A DNA stretch of 63,856 bases, counting the filler, from Tricharina praecox (taxonomy: Eukaryota): assembly GCF_024521635.1 (NCBI RefSeq). It is 3 parts of 3 records of this genome, joined end to end, with 100 filler letters (N's around TTAATTAATTAA, not from the genome) between each part and the next. Parts side by side here need not be neighbours in the genome. Positions count along the whole stretch, not along the records: positions 48,860 to 63,856 come from NW_026250484.1; 2 more parts are not named here. One strand, written 5' to 3'. Numbering within the stretch: the first letter of the stretch is position 1; every line of letters starts with the position of its first letter. The notes under the pieces are model-generated. The model was not told where the DNA came from and ran no database searches. It saw nothing but the letters and a program-made list of their open reading frames with translations. This document shows, piece after piece, positions 51,801-63,856 of this stretch. Position numbers and translations under genes: made by a program.

Positions 51801-54143
51801 GGTCGGTGGTGATTCCATGTGCAACTGTGGGCACTGCATTGCAGTTGGCTGTACAGTATTGGGAGCCAAAGGTGAGGGTACGGGAGCTGAACCGGATGGC
51901 CACATCGTGGAGGTCCATCCAGGGGATTCCGAGTACAACCGGGTAGTGGCCTAGTTTGGTGACAAACATAGGGATTTCTTCGTGGTGTTCCTGTATGGAC
52001 AGGGTGGTGGTGGCAACATGTGTGATGTCGCCTGACTCGATGGGACGGCCATCGATGACTTCGAGGGTGCGCAGGGATTTCAGGGGTACGAGGGGTAGGT
52101 GGTGATGGCGGGCGAAGTCTTTGTCTACAAATGCAATTCCGGTTGCCCCACAGTCGATCAGCGCATGCGTGGCAATGGTTTTGTCACCAAACGAAAGGTT
52201 ACACAATACGACAAGATGTTTTCCTTCTATTGATGATTCTTCCACAACCATTCCTGACACTGAAAGACTAGACAAACGAAAAATGGGGGACATAGGAGAC
52301 AAAGACTTATCCTGGGTACGACCAACAACAGTGCCATCAAGCGGTTGTTGGTCTAGGCTTTTCCCGACTGCTGGGAGGTCTCGCCGCAATGCTGGTTGCA
52401 GTTGTGATAGGTGCGAGACGGGGTGGTGTTGGTGGGCTGGGCTGACCCCAGCCGGGCAACGGCTGCTCGGAACGGATTTCGGTTCTTGTTGGGGCAGTGC
52501 CTCGCCATGTGGCCACTTCCTCCACAGTACAGACAGCGGCCTTCGCGGAGTCGAGCGGCACGCTCTTGATCTGAGATCCTGCGGCTGTTGGCATTCAAGT
52601 CCATAGCTCTGGGGGCCGTTCCTGTGGCAGTGGTCGTCACGGGCATGGTGTTATGGGTGGTGTGCCTGAGCGGCGCCGTGGGGTGTGGGGCGCTACTCTG
52701 CCGAGGGGGGTTGGTGGTGCGGCGTCCCTCACGAAGTTGGGGGGCACGCAGCTCGGAGTCAAGGCGTTGACAGAGGGCCACAAACTTATCGTAGTTGAGG
52801 CCCTGAGTACGGCCCACTAGTTGCTGGTGGAGTTCGATGGATACTCTCGCAGCGCGTCAAGTTTCGCATGCTCGTCCCAATTGCGCTTGGAGACAAGCAT
52901 CTGGAATTCCGCAAAGTAGGAGGTAAACTCCTTATTGCCTTGTTTCAGGTGGTGTAGCTTGGCTCAAGCGGTGGCCGCTGGCTCAGGGTCACCAAATGCG
53001 TTCTTCAGGAGTGTGATGATCGCATCAGCATCAGTGAGGGTGATGTTGTGATTCTCGATGTATGGCAGGATCTGGGCTTGGGCGCGGCCTTCCAAGCGGT
53101 TGAAGGCGTACGCCATTCGGAGTGCTGGAGTGGGGAAACGGGCTGGGTCGCTGTATAGCTTGAGTCGAAGTTGCGCAACGAACCCTTCGAGTTTGTCGCG
53201 TGTTCCGTCGAACATGGCAGGCTCTGGGACACGCTCAGCGCGGCTTTGAGGGTGGGCTTCGACGGTGGCGAGGCGGTTGGCGATCCGGCGGGCATCGGCA
53301 AGTTGTTCTTCGAGGTCGTCGAATCGCCAGGTTGGTATCGCTGTCGGGGACAGGGTGATTGCGCGGGCAAGGATTCTGAATCCGTTGTACAACCCCATCA
53401 GGGTTGCATCGTCGGCGGGTGCATCGTGATCGACGATGATTTCGAGTTGTTCGTAGATGGCGGCGGGAATTTCTCGGTAGAAGGGGGGAGCCACCGGTAC
53501 TTCGTCCTGCTGGGGGACGTCGGGTACCTGAGTGTTGGTGGCCATGGTAGTTCGCTAGGTGGAGAGATGGGGGACGCAACAAAGTGTAACGGCACGGTCG
53601 GGCAAGGCTCCAGGTAGCGAAGTCGGGCTGGGGATCGGGTTCTGGGTTTGGTAGGGGCAAGACGGGTACAGGAGACAAGGTGAGGCAGGGCTCAGTGCAG
53701 ACGGCAACTGAGAACAGAGGCAGGGACAAGGACTACGGCGCAGACGGCAGCCGAGGCAAGGACAGAGGTAACAGTGATCGAATTAACAAGTTGTTGCGTG
53801 AAGAACTAAATACAGAGGGGCAACGGCCCGTTTATATAGAAAATCCTCCACTTCTTCCCGCAACCTGACAATGACCGTGGGCGTGTGCCAGACCCTGAGA
53901 AATTCACCTTGCCAGTACCCCACTTCCGTGACTCACACCCTGCGCAGCCGCACTACCCCTGCTTCCTGCACACAGCCCCAATATCCTGCGACTCATTACT
54001 GCGCTATCCCTGCTCCCTGCACACAGCCCCAAATCCTCTGCGACTCATCCTTGCACTGCCGGTGCACTGCCTCTGCACTGCCCCCCAATTCTCCCGATCC
54101 TTGTGCCGACCCTCCCTTCGTCATTCCGTCGTGAGCCGTGACA
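48860..54143 (-). mobile_element. Ty3/Gypsy LTR retrotransposon, family A copy A1 (5' LTR, gag, PR, RT, RNase H, IN); 3' end lost at the gap; degenerate
   Basis: gag 53545-52353 with CLYCGGSGHMARHC knuckle. PR LIDCGAT, RT FIDD, RNase [16 protein letters not shown] and [10 protein letters not shown]. Stops at 52964 and 51442; frameshifts near 52850 and 49445. Confidence 0.96.
53585..54143 (-). repeat. 5' LTR of A1 (559 bp)
   Basis: TGTCACGG...CCGTTACA termini, TATATAAA near 53831-53838, homologous to 57512-58021 and 63383-63856. Confidence 0.92.
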
Positions 54144-55496
54144 GTCTACCTGGTATGCTTCGGTTATCAGGGTAGACAGTGCGGGACGGGGTACTTCCGA
54201 TGGGTTGGTCGCTGACAATCTCAGTTCTTCCGGCAGGTTCTGGGGTTTGAGGACTGCTTGTTGGTTCGCCAGCAGTCTTTCATCCCCCTCCTTAGGGAGG
54301 TCTCCTGACCTCCTGGTCAAGGCATCTGGCTTTCCTCCTGCTTTCCTTGGTCGGTAGACAATTTTGAAGTTGAAACGGGACAGGAATTCCAACCATCCTG
54401 CTTGCCGGCGGTTGAGCAACTTGGTTGACATGAAGTATTCCAAGTTCTTGTGGTCGCTCAGGACTTGGATCGGATGGACGGCCCCTTCAAGATGCGGTCT
54501 CCATTCCTCAAAGGCCCAAACGGTTGCAAACAATTCCTTGTCGTAAATTTGGTAATTGCATTCTGCCGGGGAGTGTTTCTTTGAATAAAAGGCAACCGGG
54601 TGCAAGATTCCATCCTCGTCTTACTGGGAGAGGATACCGGCCGATACGTAATCCGAGGCATCAATTTCCACCACTATTTCTCTGTCGTAGTCGAAATGTC
54701 GGAGTATCGGGGCGGTAGTGAAGGCAGTTTTGAGAGTGTCGAAGGCTTGCTGTAGGTCAATACCCCATTCGAAGGGGACGTAACGTCTATTTTCCTTTTT
54801 TGTCATCGCCGTCAGGGGGGATACCACCTTGGAGTAGTCCTGAATAAAGCGTCGGTAGAAGTTCGCAAAGCCCAACAAACACTGCACATCCGTTACCGTC
54901 GTAGGTTTCTCCCATTCGAGTACGCAAGAGACTTTGGCAGGATCCATCTGAATCCCCTCCGTGGTGATGATCAGGCCTAGGTATTTGACCTCCGTCTGGT
55001 GGAAGTGGCATTTTTCCGGTTTCAAGTGTAGTCCTGCCGATGAAAGGGCACGTAACACATTGGTGACCTGTTTTCAGTGTTCTTCCAGTGACTCGCTGTA
55101 GATGAAGACGTCGGGTCGTGGCGAAGATGGTGAGGTTCTCCTTTTCCGCCATTTGCTGGAAGGGCTTTATTCGGAGGGCTGAGATTCTGACCGTGGGTTT
55201 TCTGTGGTTAGCATCCTGCTGGTGCTCTTTGATCTGGGGAGACGTGATGCATCAGGCCACGATGTGGCCGGCCACCGCGCTTTCCGCTGGCTCTTGCAGA
55301 GCTACGTTTGGTGCGAGAGCGTAGGGTAGGTCTGGTGGGTCCGTGGTGATACCGTGGGCTACTGTAGGTACCGTATTGCAGTGTGCAGTGCAATATTGGG
55401 AACCAAAGGTGAGGGTGCGGGAGCTGAACCGGATGGCCACGTCGTGTAGGTCCATCCAGGGAATTCCGAGTACGATTGGGTAGTGCCCCAGCTTGG

Positions 55497-56141
55497 TGTG
55501 AGACTGGAACGAGTTTGCGTCGTCGGAGTCTATGGTAATATCGAGTGTAGAATAAAAGTCAGGGATTTCGATAATTCACAACGGAATAATCTTAAGGGTG
55601 TTTCTTTGATGGTTTTTTCGGTGCGATGATTGTAGTTTGGTATGGTTGCCCGCTCGGTTCGACTTATAGTCGTTCCGATCCTCAGCACGTGATTTCTCTA
55701 GAGTGCGGCCTAACGTAGCTCCGTTGCTTCCTTTGCATCGGAGTTCCGCGGCCTAGCCTCGAGTCGTCGTCAGCTCTCTTCGGATAGTCTTCTCGACTAG
55801 GCAGGTGGTAAACACCACGCGCCCAAGATAGATTGGAGTTTCCGAGCAATTATCTCCCTCATGCGCCGGCAGAGTTCTTCGCTCGAAGTTGTCTGCCCCC
55901 ATCGGTCGATGTTCGATTCTCTCGTCATAACAGTTTTTCCCTGGATCGGAGTTCCTACTGCGGGGCCCTATGAACGGAGATCTCAAAGTCCTCTGGACTG
56001 TTATCCCGATCTCCCGCATCTCCGATCACTGTCTAGACTCTGGAATCCGTTTGCTCCCTCCTTCCTATCTTGTCCTCGATCGCCTCCAACTATCCTTTCG
56101 GCTCGCAACTCTATTCCAATCACCCGGACTATGTAATCACA
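55497..56141 (-). repeat. Solo LTR of family B (645 bp)
   Basis: Reverse complement matches 62194-62883. TGTGA...TCTCACA termini. Confidence 0.92.
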
Positions 56142-57511
56142 TTCCATTGATGATTCCTCCACCACCATCCCAGACACTGACAAATTGGACAAACGAAAAT
56201 GAGTAGAAAAGGGAGAAAAAGACTCATTCTGGGTACGACCAACAACAGTGCCATCAAGCAGTTGTTGGTCTAGGCGTTTCCCGACAGTCCCTGGTTGTCG
56301 CCACAGTTCTGGTTGCAGTTGTGGTAGGGATGGTTGGGGGTTGGAGTTCCGTGCTGGTCAGGGCCCAGCTGTGCTGCTGCAGCGCGGAAAGGGTTGCGGT
56401 TCTTGTTGGCGCAGTGTCGGGCCATATGGCCACTGCCTCCGCAGTACAGGCAACGACCTTCACGGAGACGAGCTGCACGCTCTTGGTCAGAGATTTTCCG
56501 GCTGTTCGCACTAAGGTCCATGGGCCCCAGGGGTGCCGGTGTCGTGTTCGTGGAGCCGGGGACAAGGTTCTGAGGCTGGTGACGGGGCTGGGTTTGGGTT
56601 TGGTTGGCCGTCGGGGAGGAGTTGTGTGGTTTGTTCGCATTGCAACGTCCTTCACGCAGCTGGAGGGCGCGCAACTTTGAGTCCAAGCTTTGGCATAGTG
56701 CCACCAACTGATTGTAGGTCAACCCATGGGTGCGGCCCACGAGTTGCCGGTGGAGTTCGATAGAAACACCCTCGTGCAACGCGTTGATCTTTGCGTGCTC
56801 GTCCCAGTTCAGCTTGGACACCAGTCGCTGGAACTCCGCGAAATAGGATGTGAAGTCTTTGTATCCTTGTTTCAGGCGGTGAAGTTTGGCTCGGGCTGTA
56901 GCGGCTGGATCAGGGTCGTCAAAGGCGTTCTCGAGGATGGTGATCATTGCATCGGCGTCGGTCAGGCTGATGATTTTGTTCCGGATGTAGGGGAGGATCT
57001 GGGCTTGGGCGTGTCCTTCAAGGTGGTTGAAGGTGTACGCCATTCTGAGTGCTGGTGACGGGAAACGGGTGGGGTCGCCACATAGCTTGAGTCGGAGTTG
57101 GGCCACGAATCACACAAGCTTTTCCCTGATGCTGTCGAACATGGCAGGTTCCGGGACACGTTCTGCACGGCCCTGGGGTTGAGTTTCCAGGGTGGCAAGT
57201 CGGTTAGCGATGCGACGGGAGTTGGCGAGTTGTTCTTCGAGGCCGTCTACTCGCCAGGTTGGTGCTGCTGTGGGGGAATGGGTAATTGCGCGTGCGATGA
57301 TTTGGAATTGGTTATACAACCCTATCAGGGTCGCATTGTCGGCGGGTGTATCATGGTTAACGATGATTTCGAGTTGTTCGTAGATGGCGGCGGGAATTTC
57401 TCGGTAGTAGGGTGGTGCCACCGGTACTTCCTCCTGCTGGGGAAGGTCTGGTGCTGGGGTGTTGGTGGCCATTGTTTTTCGCTAGGTGGAGAGATGAGCG
57501 ACGCAACAAAG

Positions 57512-58021
57512 TGTAACGGCACGGTCGGGCAAGGCGCCAGGTAGCGAAGTCGAACTGGGGATCGGCTTCTGAGTTCGGCAGAGGCAAGACGGGTTCAGGG
57601 GACAAGGTGAGGCAGGGCTCAGTGCAGACGGCAACTGAGAACAGAGGCAGGGACAAGGACTACGGTGCAGACGGCAGCCGAGGCAAGGACAGAGGTAACA
57701 GTGGTTGAATTAACAAGCTGTTGCGTGAAGAACTAATTCCAGAGGGGCGCCGGCCCGTTTATATAGGAAATCCTCCACTTCTTACCGCAACCTGACAATG
57801 ACCGTGGGCGTGTGCCAGACCCTGAGAAATCCTCCTCGCCGATACCCCGCTCCAGTGACTCACAGCCTGCGCTGCCGCGCTACCCCTGTCTCCAACACAC
57901 AACCCCAATTCCTCCGACTCATTCCTGCATTGCCGCCTGCGCAGCCCCCTGCGCAGCCCCTGCGCTGCCTTCCGACCACTATTCCGACTCTTCCTCAAAC
58001 GTTCCTTTGTGAGCCGTGACA
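57512..58021 (-). repeat. 5' LTR of A2 (510 bp)
   Basis: TGTCACGG...CCGTTACA termini, immediately upstream of the PBS and gag. Confidence 0.92.
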
Positions 58022-61000
58022 CCAACCTTCCAATGCTACGCCAGGAAAACAGACGCGGGTACCGAACTGCCCGACAGTCCAAAGGTGTCATCCGTGACAA
58101 AGAGAAAGCGGGACACCCAGGATGCCGGACCCATTCGACCGAGGTCCAAGCAACGCAAGGCTGCGGCGGTTGTGGTGGAGGATGAAGCGATGACGGAGGC
58201 ACCTCCATTCTGGGAGAGGATTGAGAGCGAACCGGAGGATTTTTGAACGGCCCCACCACTCCGCAGAATGGGCGGCCAGGTGTATATGTTTGCGGAACGA
58301 AGAGACGACGGCCTCAGGATATCGACAGCGAATCCAGAGATAAGTGAAGACGAACGGACCAACCTATTTCGACGAGTCCAACCGCGCCGAGTGCCTCAGG
58401 GTGTGAGCCCCCAAAACTAGTCAGCGGACCACGACCAATCATAGAAATGATGCTCCTCTGGTCTGAGCACAAGCGACGACGGATCCGAGTACTCCTCGAC
58501 ACAGGATGTGCCATTCCGATCATCAAACGAAGCCTTGCACGAGAACTTGGGTTGCCCCTCATTCAACGGCCCAAGCCGGTGGAAATTAAGGACTTCCACG
58601 GAACCATAGTGGAAGGAGCCGGGGAATATTATACAATGCCGATGCTTCTCCAACACCGGAGGCACTACACCCACGAAACCTTCGGAGTGGCCCCCTTGGA
58701 CGACTGCGATGCCTACCTCCCGTATTGGTGGCTGGCTAAGCATGAGCCGACAGGGTTCTAGGAGAATGAAGCACAGAATATTCGCTTCACCAGCACCCGG
58801 TGCAAGGAACAATGCACCTTGCAACAAGCAACCAGCTTTCCGATGGAACTTGACACGTCTGTCGTTCACAATTCGGAGGCTTGCATTATCGGATACGTCT
58901 CAGCTGGCCCGGAATCAGATCCACCCATAAATCTTCTTCCCGAGAACTTCAGACGATATGCCAACATCATGAGCAAGGAAGCAGCCGATAAGCTTCCCGA
59001 CCACAAGTCCTACGGCCACACAATCGATCTCAAGGAAGGAGAGACTCCTCCATGGGGTCCTATCTATGCGCTGTCACAGAAAGAACTTGAGGCGGTCAGG
59101 GAGGGGCTCAAGGAGATGCTCCAGACAGGCAAGATTCGAAGATCCAAATCACCAGCTGGGACGCCGATATTATTTGTACCAAAGGCGCACGGCAGGGGTC
59201 TCCAATTGTGTGTCGAATACCGCGGTAGCAACAAGATTACCGTAGCCAATCGCTACGCACTTCCGATCATGGCAGAGTTGCAAGACCGAGTCAGGGGCCC
59301 GGATGTCTTCACCAAGATTGATTTGAAGAACGGCTATGAACTCAATCGCATCAAGGAAGGTGACGGATGGACGACGGCTTTCCGCTGTGGATACGGACTA
59401 TTCGAGTTTTTGGTCATGCCGTTTGGTTTGACCAACCCTCCAGCGACGTTTCAGGACATGATTAACCACATATTTCGGGATATATTGGACCTGGGACTGG
59501 TCGCATACATCGATGACCTCCTCATCTATGCTAAGACGCACGAGGAGCATGACAAGATAGTCATCGAAGTACTAAAGAGGTTGGAAGAAAATAAGTTGGC
59601 AATCTCACCAGAGAAGTGTGTCTGGTCGACAGGGAGAGTCGAGTTCCTAGGATACGTGATATCCCAAGATGGAATTGAGATGGCTAAGAACAAGGTGGAA
59701 TCTGTGCTCTCGTGGGAGGCGCCGCGGTCCCTGAAGGAAGTACAAGCCTTTCTTGGGTTCGCCAATTTCTACAGGCCCTTCATCAAGGATTTTTCAAAGA
59801 TCACGAGACCCTTGGCCGAGAGCACAAAAGAAAAAGGTAAAGATTGGAGATGGACAGGGGAGATGGAACTGGCCTTCGAGGAGCTGAAGTCTAGGTTCAC
59901 CACGGCACCGATTCTCGGGCACTACAACCCAGAACTACCTGTCGTGGTGGAATCCGACGCTTCGGACTTCGCGTTGGGCGCGGTCCTGTCTCAAAGGCCA
60001 AAAGATGGGAAGTTACACCCGGTTGCATTCCACTCAAGAAAGTTTACCCCAGCCGAAATCAACTTCGAGATTCACGATAAGGAACTACTAGCGATAGTAG
60101 ACTCTTTCAAACGCTGGCGGCAATACCTCGAGGGAGCAAAACACCAGATCCAAGTGTACAGCGACCACCAGAACCTTGGGTACTTCACAACCATGAAAGT
60201 ACTCAATCGACGGCAGGCGAGATGGGCACAAGAACTCGCTGGCATCGGATTCAAAATCTACTACCGGCCCGGCAGCCAGAACGGCAAGCCTGACGCATTA
60301 TCCAGGCGCCCGGAGTACCGCCCTGAAAAAGGGGGGGGTGAAGATCAGCCGATTACGACGATGCTGCATAAATGACACTTTGCAGGTGACAATTCGAGAG
60401 TTTCATCAATCAACACCGGAGGCGAGAGAACTGTGTTCCTGGTTTCGTCATCTCGGCTACAATCAATCCCCGTACCAAAGTGGAAAGAAGAATTTCTGGG
60501 TTGGGTCAGGAAGGCAGGAAAGGAAGATGCTGGGTATCAGGAGGCTCTGAGCAGCATGAACGACACGAACGAGGACGCAGGTCAGAAGGACACTGAGTTG
60601 CAGGGCCGAAAGGCCTGGGAACTGGCCGCCGAGAGTAGGGACTCCGGCAGGATGGGTCGAAAGGCCAGGATCCTGAGGATGGAAGATGGGTGCCTGTATA
60701 GGAAAGAAAGGCTATGGGTACCAGATGACAAGGAACCCGTCAGACACATCCTCGAGTCGGAACACGATACGAAAGCCGCGGGGCATATGGGCCAGGACAG
60801 GACGATCGAACTTATCCGACGCAATTTCTGGTGGCCAAAGATGGACGAGCAGATAATAGACTTCGTCCGGAGTTGCGCACAGTGTCAGAAAGACAAAGCA
60901 GCAAGGCACCAGCCGTATGGACTGCTCAACCCTCTCGAGTTACCATGCACCCCATGGCAATCAATAGCTATGGACTTCATTACCGACCTACCGGAATCCA

Positions 61001-62883
61001 ACGGATGCGACCAGCTATGGGTGGTCGTCGACCGCTTCACCAAGATGGCACATTTCATCCCCCTACCTAAGGATGGAAAGATAGCCGAGGATCTCGCGAA
61101 GATTTTTGCCTGCGGGATATGGCGCTTTCACGGATTACCAGCAGACATAGTGTCGGATCGAGACTCACGGTTTACCTCGGATACATGGAAAGAATTCATC
61201 CGGCTGCTAGGAATTAGGCCCCGGATGTCAACAACGTTCCACCCACAGACGGATGGACAAACGGAACGCCTCAACCAGACGATCGAAGCATACCTCCGCT
61301 CCTTCGTCAACTATGAGCAGAACCATTGGGTGAATCTCCTACCGATGGCTGAGTTTGCCTACAAGAACCCGGTTACATCGGCAACCGGAATGTCGCCATT
61401 CTATGCAAATTTCGGATACCACCCTTCGGCGGCAAACCCTGCTGCGGCAAATTCTCTCAACCCCGCCAGCAAGGTCTACGCTCCCTGGATGCATACAGTC
61501 CATGAGGACAACATCAAGACCCTCGAACGAACGCGCGAACGAATGCGCAAGTATGCAGATCAACATCGTCAGGAGGCACCGGCTTATCAAGTAGGAGACT
61601 TGGTAATGCTCAACGGGCGGAACATTCAAACCCGCCGACCCTCGCGGAAGTTGGACCACAAGAACCATGGTCCCTTCCAAATCGAGAAGATCGTATCGCC
61701 GCTCGCTGTCAAGCTCACTCTGCCAAGGAAGTGGAAGATTCATAATGTCTTTCACGTCTCGCTCGTTGAACCGTTCCGAGCCGGCACCCGAGCACCACCG
61801 GATCCCTCCCAAATCTTACGAGAGGCCGATGATGTGGAAGACAACGAAGAATACGACGTCGATGAGGTTATGGGGAGCTCGAAGAAAGGTCGACGAATGC
61901 TCTACCTCGTGAAAGGGCTCAACTACCCCGAACGACGGGACTGGACTAACGAGCCATTCGACAACTTCTCAGTAGGCGGTCGGGAAAAGCTACGCGAGTT
62001 TCATCGCAAAAATCCCGATGCGCCGAGGGACTACCGGCTCACAGATAAGTAAGAGTTTCTTCCCATGTGGTTTTCTCGAACTCGGGCAGGTAGTAGGATG
62101 AAGGGGATGGAGGACTTCATCCACAGTTATCAAGTTAGGATAAAGGTGAGGACTTGGGTGCTTCGGGCCGAAGCCTCGTGGGAGGGGAGATGGTGTGACA
62201 CCCCGATAGGTATCGGAGGTCACGACAATCGCAAGAGATCTGATTAGATAGTCTGGGTGATTAGAATAGAGTTGCGAGCCGAAAGGATAGTTAGAAGCGA
62301 TCAAGGACAAGATAGGAAGGAGGGAGCAAACAGATTCAAGAGTCTAGACAGTGATCGAAGATGCGGGAGATCGGGAAAACGGTCAAGAGGACTTTGAGAT
62401 CTCCGTTCATAGGGCCCCGCAGTAGGAGCACCGATCCAGGGAAAAACTGTTATGACGAGAGAATCGAACATCGACCGATGGGGGCAGACAACTTCGAGCG
62501 AAGAACTCTGCCGGCGCATGAGGGAGATAATTGCTCGGAAACTCCGATCTATCTTGGGCGCGTGGTGTTTACCACTTGCCTAGTCGGGAAGACTATCCGA
62601 AGAGAGCTGACGACGTCTCAAGGCTAGGCCGCGGAACTCCGATGCAAAGGAAGCAACGGAGCTACGTTAGGCTGCACTCTAGAGAAATCACGTGCTGAGG
62701 ATCGGAACGACTATAAGTCGAAACGAGCGGGCAACCGAACCAAACTACAATCATCGCACCGAACAAATCATCGAAGAAACACCCTTAAGATTATTCTGTT
62801 GTGAATTATCGAAATCCCTGACTCTTATTCTACACTCGATACTAGCATAGACTCCGACGACTCAAACTCGTTCCAGTCTCACA
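58022..62883 (+). mobile_element. Ty3/Gypsy chromovirus family B (probable gag tail, PR, RT, RNase H, IN, chromodomain, PPT, 3' LTR)
   Basis: PR VLLDTG, RT YIDD, RNase H ESDAS, IN HHCC and WQSIAMDF, GPF motif, chromodomain EYDVDEVMGS...YLVK...WTNEP. In-frame stops at 58759 and 60373. Confidence 0.96.
62194..62883 (+). repeat. 3' LTR of family B (690 bp) preceded by PPT GGGAGGGGAGA
   Basis: TGTGAC...TCTCACA termini with a purine tract directly upstream. Confidence 0.92.
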
Positions 62884-63856
62884 CTGCGCCCAAGCACGGC
62901 AGCAGGACAACACTGGCCAGCACCGAACCCCTGCACCTGCCTTCCAGTCTGGAGATGTGGTATGGGTGGACGGGTGAAACTGGAAAACAAGCACCACAGA
63001 CCCTACCGCAATACCCGAGCCATCGGAACCTACGCATACTCACTGGACATTCCCGACACCATCCAGAAGCACCGCACCTTCCCAGTATCCCACCTCCACG
63101 CATCCGCCGACGATCGCCTCCCCGGCCACATCCTGCCGCCACCGTACCGGTAATCGTGAACGACCAAGAAGAATGGGAGGTGGAGGAAGTGCTGGACAGC
63201 AGAACGCTGAGGGGAAGACTCCAGTACCTAGTCAAGTGAAGGGGTTTCGCGGCACCCAGGGGGGAACCTGAGGAGAACCTTGTGGATGTACAGGCAGTGG
63301 ACGGCTTCCACCAACAGTACTCAATGAAGCTTGGACCAGTCCAACATGCTCCCGTGGGAACTCGAGCCTTAGGAGGGGCTACTGTCACGGCTCGCGACGG
63401 AACGTTCGAGGAAGAGTCAAAACAGGGGCCGGAAGGCAGCGCGGCGGCAGTGCAAGGGGCTGCGTGGGCGGCAATACAGGAATGAGTCGGAGAAATTGGG
63501 GCTGTGTGCAGGAAGCAGGGGTAGTGCGGCTGCGCAGGGTATGAGTCACGGAAGCGGGGTACTGGCAAGGTGGATTTCTCAGGGTCTGGCACACGCCCAC
63601 GGTCATTGTCCGGTTGCGGGAAGAAGTGGAGGATTTTCCATATAAACGGGGAGTCACCCCTCTGTATTTAGTTCTTCACGCAACAACTTGTTAATTCAAT
63701 CACTGTTACCTCTGTCGTTGGCTCGGCTACCGTCAGCGCCGTAGTCCTTTTCCCTGCCTCTGTTCTCAGTGGCCGTCTGCACTGAGCCCTGCCTCACCTT
63801 ATCCCCTGAACCCGTCTTGCCCCTACCGAACCCTGAACCCGATCCACAGCCCGGCT
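62884..63856 (+). mobile_element. Family A copy A3: IN C-terminus, chromodomain, PPT and 3' LTR (63383 to window end)
   Basis: Matches the A1 IN tail. EWEVEEVLDSR...YLVK*RGF chromodomain. AGGAGGGG PPT at 63371-63378 then TGTCACGG. Confidence 0.93.

Larger units (their letters stand above)
54144..58021 (-). mobile_element. Family A copy A2, internally deleted, interrupted by A1 and by a family B solo LTR
   Basis: gag 57472-56270 (frameshift near 57110), PR remnants, RT C-terminal half and RNase H at 55110-54144. Deletion junction near 55112. Confidence 0.93.

Overview
Filamentous ascomycete (Pezizomycotina) genomic DNA; Pezizomycetes is an inference from the high-GC, apparently non-RIPed repeats. 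The window is three contigs joined by artificial 100-nt N/TTAATTAATTAA linkers at 25246-25345 and 48760-48859. Contig 1 (1-25245) is core gene space: U2 snRNA (-), an SFH5-like Sec14 protein, a DUF676 lipase-like gene, an OPT oligopeptide transporter, TOF1/Timeless, a DUF7918-like gene and an Arg/Asp-rich RRM-like gene. Contig 2 (25346-48759) is gene-poor. It holds two TSD-flanked, A-tailed non-autonomous LINE derivatives, a GH7 cellobiohydrolase, and two inverted ~3-kb paralogous units that look spliced but have no long ORF. One unit carries an array of ~115-nt multi-hairpin repeats with compensatory changes, G-U pairs and cUUCGg/GNRA loops. This candidate structured lncRNA family is the most novel-looking signal. 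Contig 3 (48860-63856) is a four-level nest of degenerate Ty3/Gypsy chromoviruses with a Tf1-type self-priming PBS and a -1 frameshift signal. All calls are from reading the sequence; no searches or folding computations were run.
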